Assembly (NCBI RefSeq): GCF_009834535.1
Contig: NC_045716.1
Coordinates: 29,016,001-29,080,000, forward strand
Reading direction: 5' to 3'
Source: Camelus ferus
Taxonomy: Eukaryota
Length of the DNA stretch: 64,000 nucleotides
Positions 59,881-64,000 of this stretch are shown in pieces. The notes under the pieces were generated by a model. The model saw only the letters and a program-made list of their open reading frames with translations, had not been told where the DNA came from and made no database searches. Each line of letters opens with the position of its first letter. The stretch's first letter is position 1. The translations under genes and the position numbers were made by a program.

Positions 59881-62389
59881 CTGTGTCCACAGAGCTGCAG
59901 GTACTTGCATATACGAGGCTCCAGGGGGCACTATTGCCACTGTGCCGCTGCGACCAGGAAGCCTTCCTGATTGCTCCTTCTTCCTCTTGTGGCCATGGCA
60001 CCCGGGCCTTACCCTCTGTCTGTCCCACATAAGCTACACGTCCCTAGGTCTCCCCAGCCGGCCAGAGTGCCTGAAGGGCAGTGTCCACATCTGCACTGAG
60101 GACAGAGCCTCGGCCCGGGGCTGGCTGGATGAGGCTAGAAGTGCAGCCGTGCAGGTCTTTGCCCTGGAACGTGGGGCAGTCAGGTCCCCTCCCCCCCGTG
60201 GGCTAAGGCCCCATGGAGGGCCCTGGCCGGGGCCCTTCCTCTACCTCCTCGTGGGGGGCAGGACACCATGGCGGCTGTGTCCAAGCCAAGAGCCGGCTGG
60301 ACTCGGGCCCAGCCCGGCCAGCCTCCCTCTGAGCTCAGACCTCCGCAATGGAAAATCGTGGTCATCCTCTCCTGTGCCGAGACTGCTGACACACCAGGCC
60401 CGGATGGGGCTCCCGCCAGCGCCTGGCGTGGGGATGGCCTCGCCCCCATACTGGCCTTTCCAGTGACGTCTTTCAAAATACACCATGTTCCAGACTGGGC
60501 CCGAGTATTAATAACACGCCTTCCTCCCAGGGGCCGCCAGCGAGCCCGGAGCCCAAGCCCTGGGCACCTGCTCTGGGCAGGACTGTCCTGTGAGCTGGGA
60601 CACCATGGCTGTGACACTGTGGCTCCTTAGGGTCAAGGTGTCCCTTCCCTTGGTGCTCACCCTCAGGGTCTTGCGCGAGGTGCCCACATGGCCACAGGCA
60701 GGGAGGCTAAGGGCCCCTGAAGCCATGGGTGTCATCTGGGGTCCAAGGTCGTCCAGACCACGTGGAGGACACAGTCTTCACCCCTCTTGGTGAGCGCTCA
60801 GGAGACTGTGGGGCCTGCGCACCCTCAGCACGGCGTCATGTTTGTCCATCCACCGCCATGGAGCAGGGTCTTGTCTCTCTTCCCTGGCACTGAGAAGGCC
60901 CCCAACACAAATCTGGTGAATAAATACGGGAAACAGGCTTAGAGTGAGTCTCCGGGAACCCAAGGAGAGGCAGAGCCCCAAGATGGACAAGGGTGGCTTT
61001 ATTACATGCACAGAATCCATGTGACCCCAGTGGCACCATCTCCCGGTGCCCAGATCAAACAGAGACATCAGAAGACACGGGGGCGGCCGCCAGGACCCTG
61101 CACAGCCCAGGAGGACGACCCAGTGTTCTCGGCCCAACTCACTTTGGGGAATTAAAACATAAAATAAAGGGAAAAAGAAAGAAGTGGAAAATCAACCCAT
61201 CCCCCACAAGGCTGCGTGGGGCTGCACCCCGGCCCCCTCGGCCAGCGGAGGGGCCGAAGGCTGGCCTGGCTGGGTCCTGTCCTTCACTCTGACATCGAAA
61301 GCCAGACTCCAGCTGAGGCCTGACGCTGCGTGGCCGCTGTGACGGGCCTTCTGGGAGGCACTCCAGGGGCCGGCTGCATCGAAGCGAAAAGAGCAGAAAG
61401 CAAGCAGACCGGCTTCTCTGGAATGCTGGGGGGACCTGTGCAGGTTGCTGTCAGAGACGGCTGGCTCCCCGGGCTTGTCCGCGAGGCGTCCGGAGGAGCA
61501 GGCGCATCCCTGGTCTGGCTCCCTGCGGCTTCTGCTCCCTTCCGCTTTCTCCTCCTGTAATCCAGTGGCAGCCTCCCAGCCCTTCTGGAAGGTGCCCTGT
61601 GTGTCCTGGGAGCCCGGAGACAGGTGTAGCAGGCCGCTGGGACCACAGCTGGGCCGGGGCCTCAAGGTCAAAGAAACATCGGCTGCCATCAGCTGAATTC
61701 AGCCTGGGCGGGTCTGTGTCTGCACCTACCCAGAGCTCTGAGGGTGAGTTTCCAGCGTCCAGGACCCCAGGGTGGAAGATGGGAGTGGGAGTGAGGTAAA
61801 GCCACTCCTGAGCACCTGGGAGAAGACGGGGTCCAGGAGCACTGGCATCCGGGGAGGCCAGCGCTGGGCTCTTTCTTCCCCCTCCCTCCCTGGGGACGCC
61901 TCCTCCAGGCAGTGACCCCTGGTGACAAGGAGAGGACCTGGCGGCCTCGCCGGCGTTGTCGGGGTCTTGCCAGGCAACGTGCTGTCCCCAACTGGTGGCC
62001 TCGGTCACAGGGCCCCTGAGCAGCTGTATGGGCCGCCTCCCAGCGCCTCCTCTGGTCCATGGCCACCACACTTGCCAGGCAGGCCCAGACTGGCCGGAGC
62101 TGTTGCTGGGACGTTGGCCTGATCTGCCCACAATGCCTGCAGCAGCCCTTCTCTGTCCCCGGAGTTATGGGGGCTCGATGCAGCTCTGCATCACTCAGGG
62201 AGTTGGTATTGCTACTCTGGGTTCAGTAGATGGAAGAGTGGAGCGGGGATGGACTAAAGCATGGCTGTGTGTGGGTTAGACCAGAAAACGGGTGGACAGA
62301 CACACACCTGGTGTGCAGAGGAGTGGAAGGTGGAGAGAGGTGGACGGTGCAAGGATGCATGGGAGGTTAAGTGACAGCTGGGGTAGAGT

Positions 62390-62470
62390 AGTGGGTGGAC
62401 GGGTGGGTGGGTGGACGGATGGGTGGACGGATGGATGGAAGATGGGTGGATGGGTGGATAGGTGAATGGC
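62390..62470. repeat. Degenerate (GGAT/GGGT/GGAC)n simple repeat
   Basis: gggtggacgggtgggtgggtggacggatgggtggacggatggatggaagatgggtggatgggtggata. Confidence 0.85.
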
Positions 62471-64000
62471 TTGGTCAGGATACACTGACAAAAGGATCAG
62501 TAAGTAATTGCAGGTGGGCCAAAAGGTCGGGCAGAATAATACCCAGACCCCTGTGCTGCAATGAGCCAGGACAGGCGAGGTGGGCAGATGCCGGGGACTG
62601 GACTTCAGCACCATTCTGAGGATGCACTTGGAAAAATGGGCAAACAGGAGGCCGTAAGGGTCTGCCCGGGCCCCCTCCCGGGTGTCACGGGGACGCAGCC
62701 AGCAGCAGCGCCCCTCTCCCGTCTGTCTCCCTCGGCCACTGGCCTCTCTGGCCCTGATGAGCAACCCCCACCTGCTGAGCCACAGGGTGGCCCCTTCCCA
62801 GGAGGCCGGTTCCTCTTGTCCTACGGCCCTTCCCCTCCTGGACCCTAAGGCTTTCTCCAGCTCCCCTCTCTGCCCTGGCAACACCCAAGGCTTCCCTTTG
62901 GTCCTGGCGAGCTGTGAGGATAGGGTCCCTCTTTATTCAGACGGGGTCTGGGGTGTGCCAGCCTGTCCACAGCGGGAATGGGAGACACTGGTCTTTGCCC
63001 ACAGAACAGGACACACCCCAGAAACCACCTGGGGATGGTGACACATCCTCAGAGAAAGGCCAGAGGAGGGGGAGGGAAGAGTTGGAGGGTCTCGCACACC
63101 AGGGGGCTTTCCCCACGGGGAAGAGGACCCAGGTGCCAGCATCCCGTCCCCGCCTGTCATTGGCCTGGCTTGGACCAGTGGGCTGGGAGCCCTGGCTGCT
63201 GCCTGCCTCCCTTGGCCTTCCTGTCCTGGCTTTGGCCTCGGAGCAGGAGGGGAAGCTGCCGCACTCCACAGAGCTTTGGGGTCACCAGTGTGTCTGATCT
63301 CGGCAGCCCACGAGGAGGAGACACTCGCGCACGCATCGACAGTCGACAAGCCCGAGAGGGAGCAGGGCAGGATGGTCTCCAAGCAGAGAGAGGAGGCTGG
63401 GACCTCTTCTGTCCAGACCCCTCTTGGCATGAGAGAGGCAGGGCCTCCAGGGGCCGAAAGCAGGTGAAACACAGACTCAGATACTTCCCGCCACTAGTCC
63501 AACCCTGGATGCAAGAGATCTGCCTGCCCCACTCTCCCACCAAAGCTACTCATTCTGTTTGCTTCTGCTGTGAGGTCTTGGGCCACACGGGGCCTGAGCA
63601 TCAAAGGGACCCTGGGTGGGGGCGGGGGTGGAGCACCTGCTTCGTCTGACCCAGACCGTACCTGCTGCCTGCACTGACACGGTGCCCACTAGGTACCCCC
63701 TCCCACCCACTCCGGGCCTCAGGGTCCTCACCACAAGCCTCCCCACCACTACCCACACTCGCCTCTGTGGACGCTCTCTGCGGGCAGAGGCTGTCTGCCC
63801 GCCCTGGCCAGCCCCTTGTGCCAGGCTGTTGCAGCCCTGGTTGGTGGCAGGTCCTGGTGGACAAGAGAGGGATGTGGGGCCCACACTGGAAAGGTGGCCT
63901 TTTACAGCTGCTCGAAAGCGACCTCTTCTCAACAGCTGGGGTGGGAGGCGCCGCCGGGCAGCTGACCCTCAGCCGGTGGGCTGGCCCTGCAGGCTGGGCT

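Noticed and set aside
60990-64000. Possible 3' end of CBFA2T3 (next gene by synteny); - strand AATAAA at 60998-61003 and 62932-62937
   Set aside because: No CBFA2T3 coding sequence or recognisable UTR in the window; isolated hexamers are not enough

Overview
A very GC-rich, gene-dense mammalian genomic segment, equivalent to the human 16q24.3 synteny block. In order it holds PIEZO1 (- strand; exon 1 and about 9.3 kb of intron 1), CDT1 (+, 10 exons, 549 aa), APRT (-, 5 exons, 180 aa), GALNS (-, 14 exons, 522 aa), TRAPPC2L (+, 5 exons, 139 aa, head-to-head with GALNS) and PABPN1L (-, 7 exons, 273 aa). I built all five complete gene models by hand from splice sites; each joins into an intact reading frame. 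The APRT protein resembles the bovine sequence as I recall it, but I saw no ruminant, pig or cetacean SINEs, so a cetartiodactyl (possibly a camelid) is my inference. Repeats are few and old (L1M, MIR, MLT1, a hAT fragment). I found no CRISPR array, tRNA, rRNA or credible new protein-coding gene, and most ORF-track entries are GC-content artefacts. I cannot claim a new biological system. The best leads are regulatory or splicing features: a single strong-Kozak uORF in the PIEZO1 leader next to an ATF4/CEBP-type element; a dense palindrome/octamer/SOX island in GALNS intron 11; frame-required GC donors in GALNS and APRT; a U12 intron in TRAPPC2L; an exact Kozak micro-ORF divergent from the APRT promoter; a shifted PABPN1L exon 3 acceptor; and AT-to-GC-shifted old L1 copies. 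Comparisons to human or consensus sequences are from memory, not from a database search.
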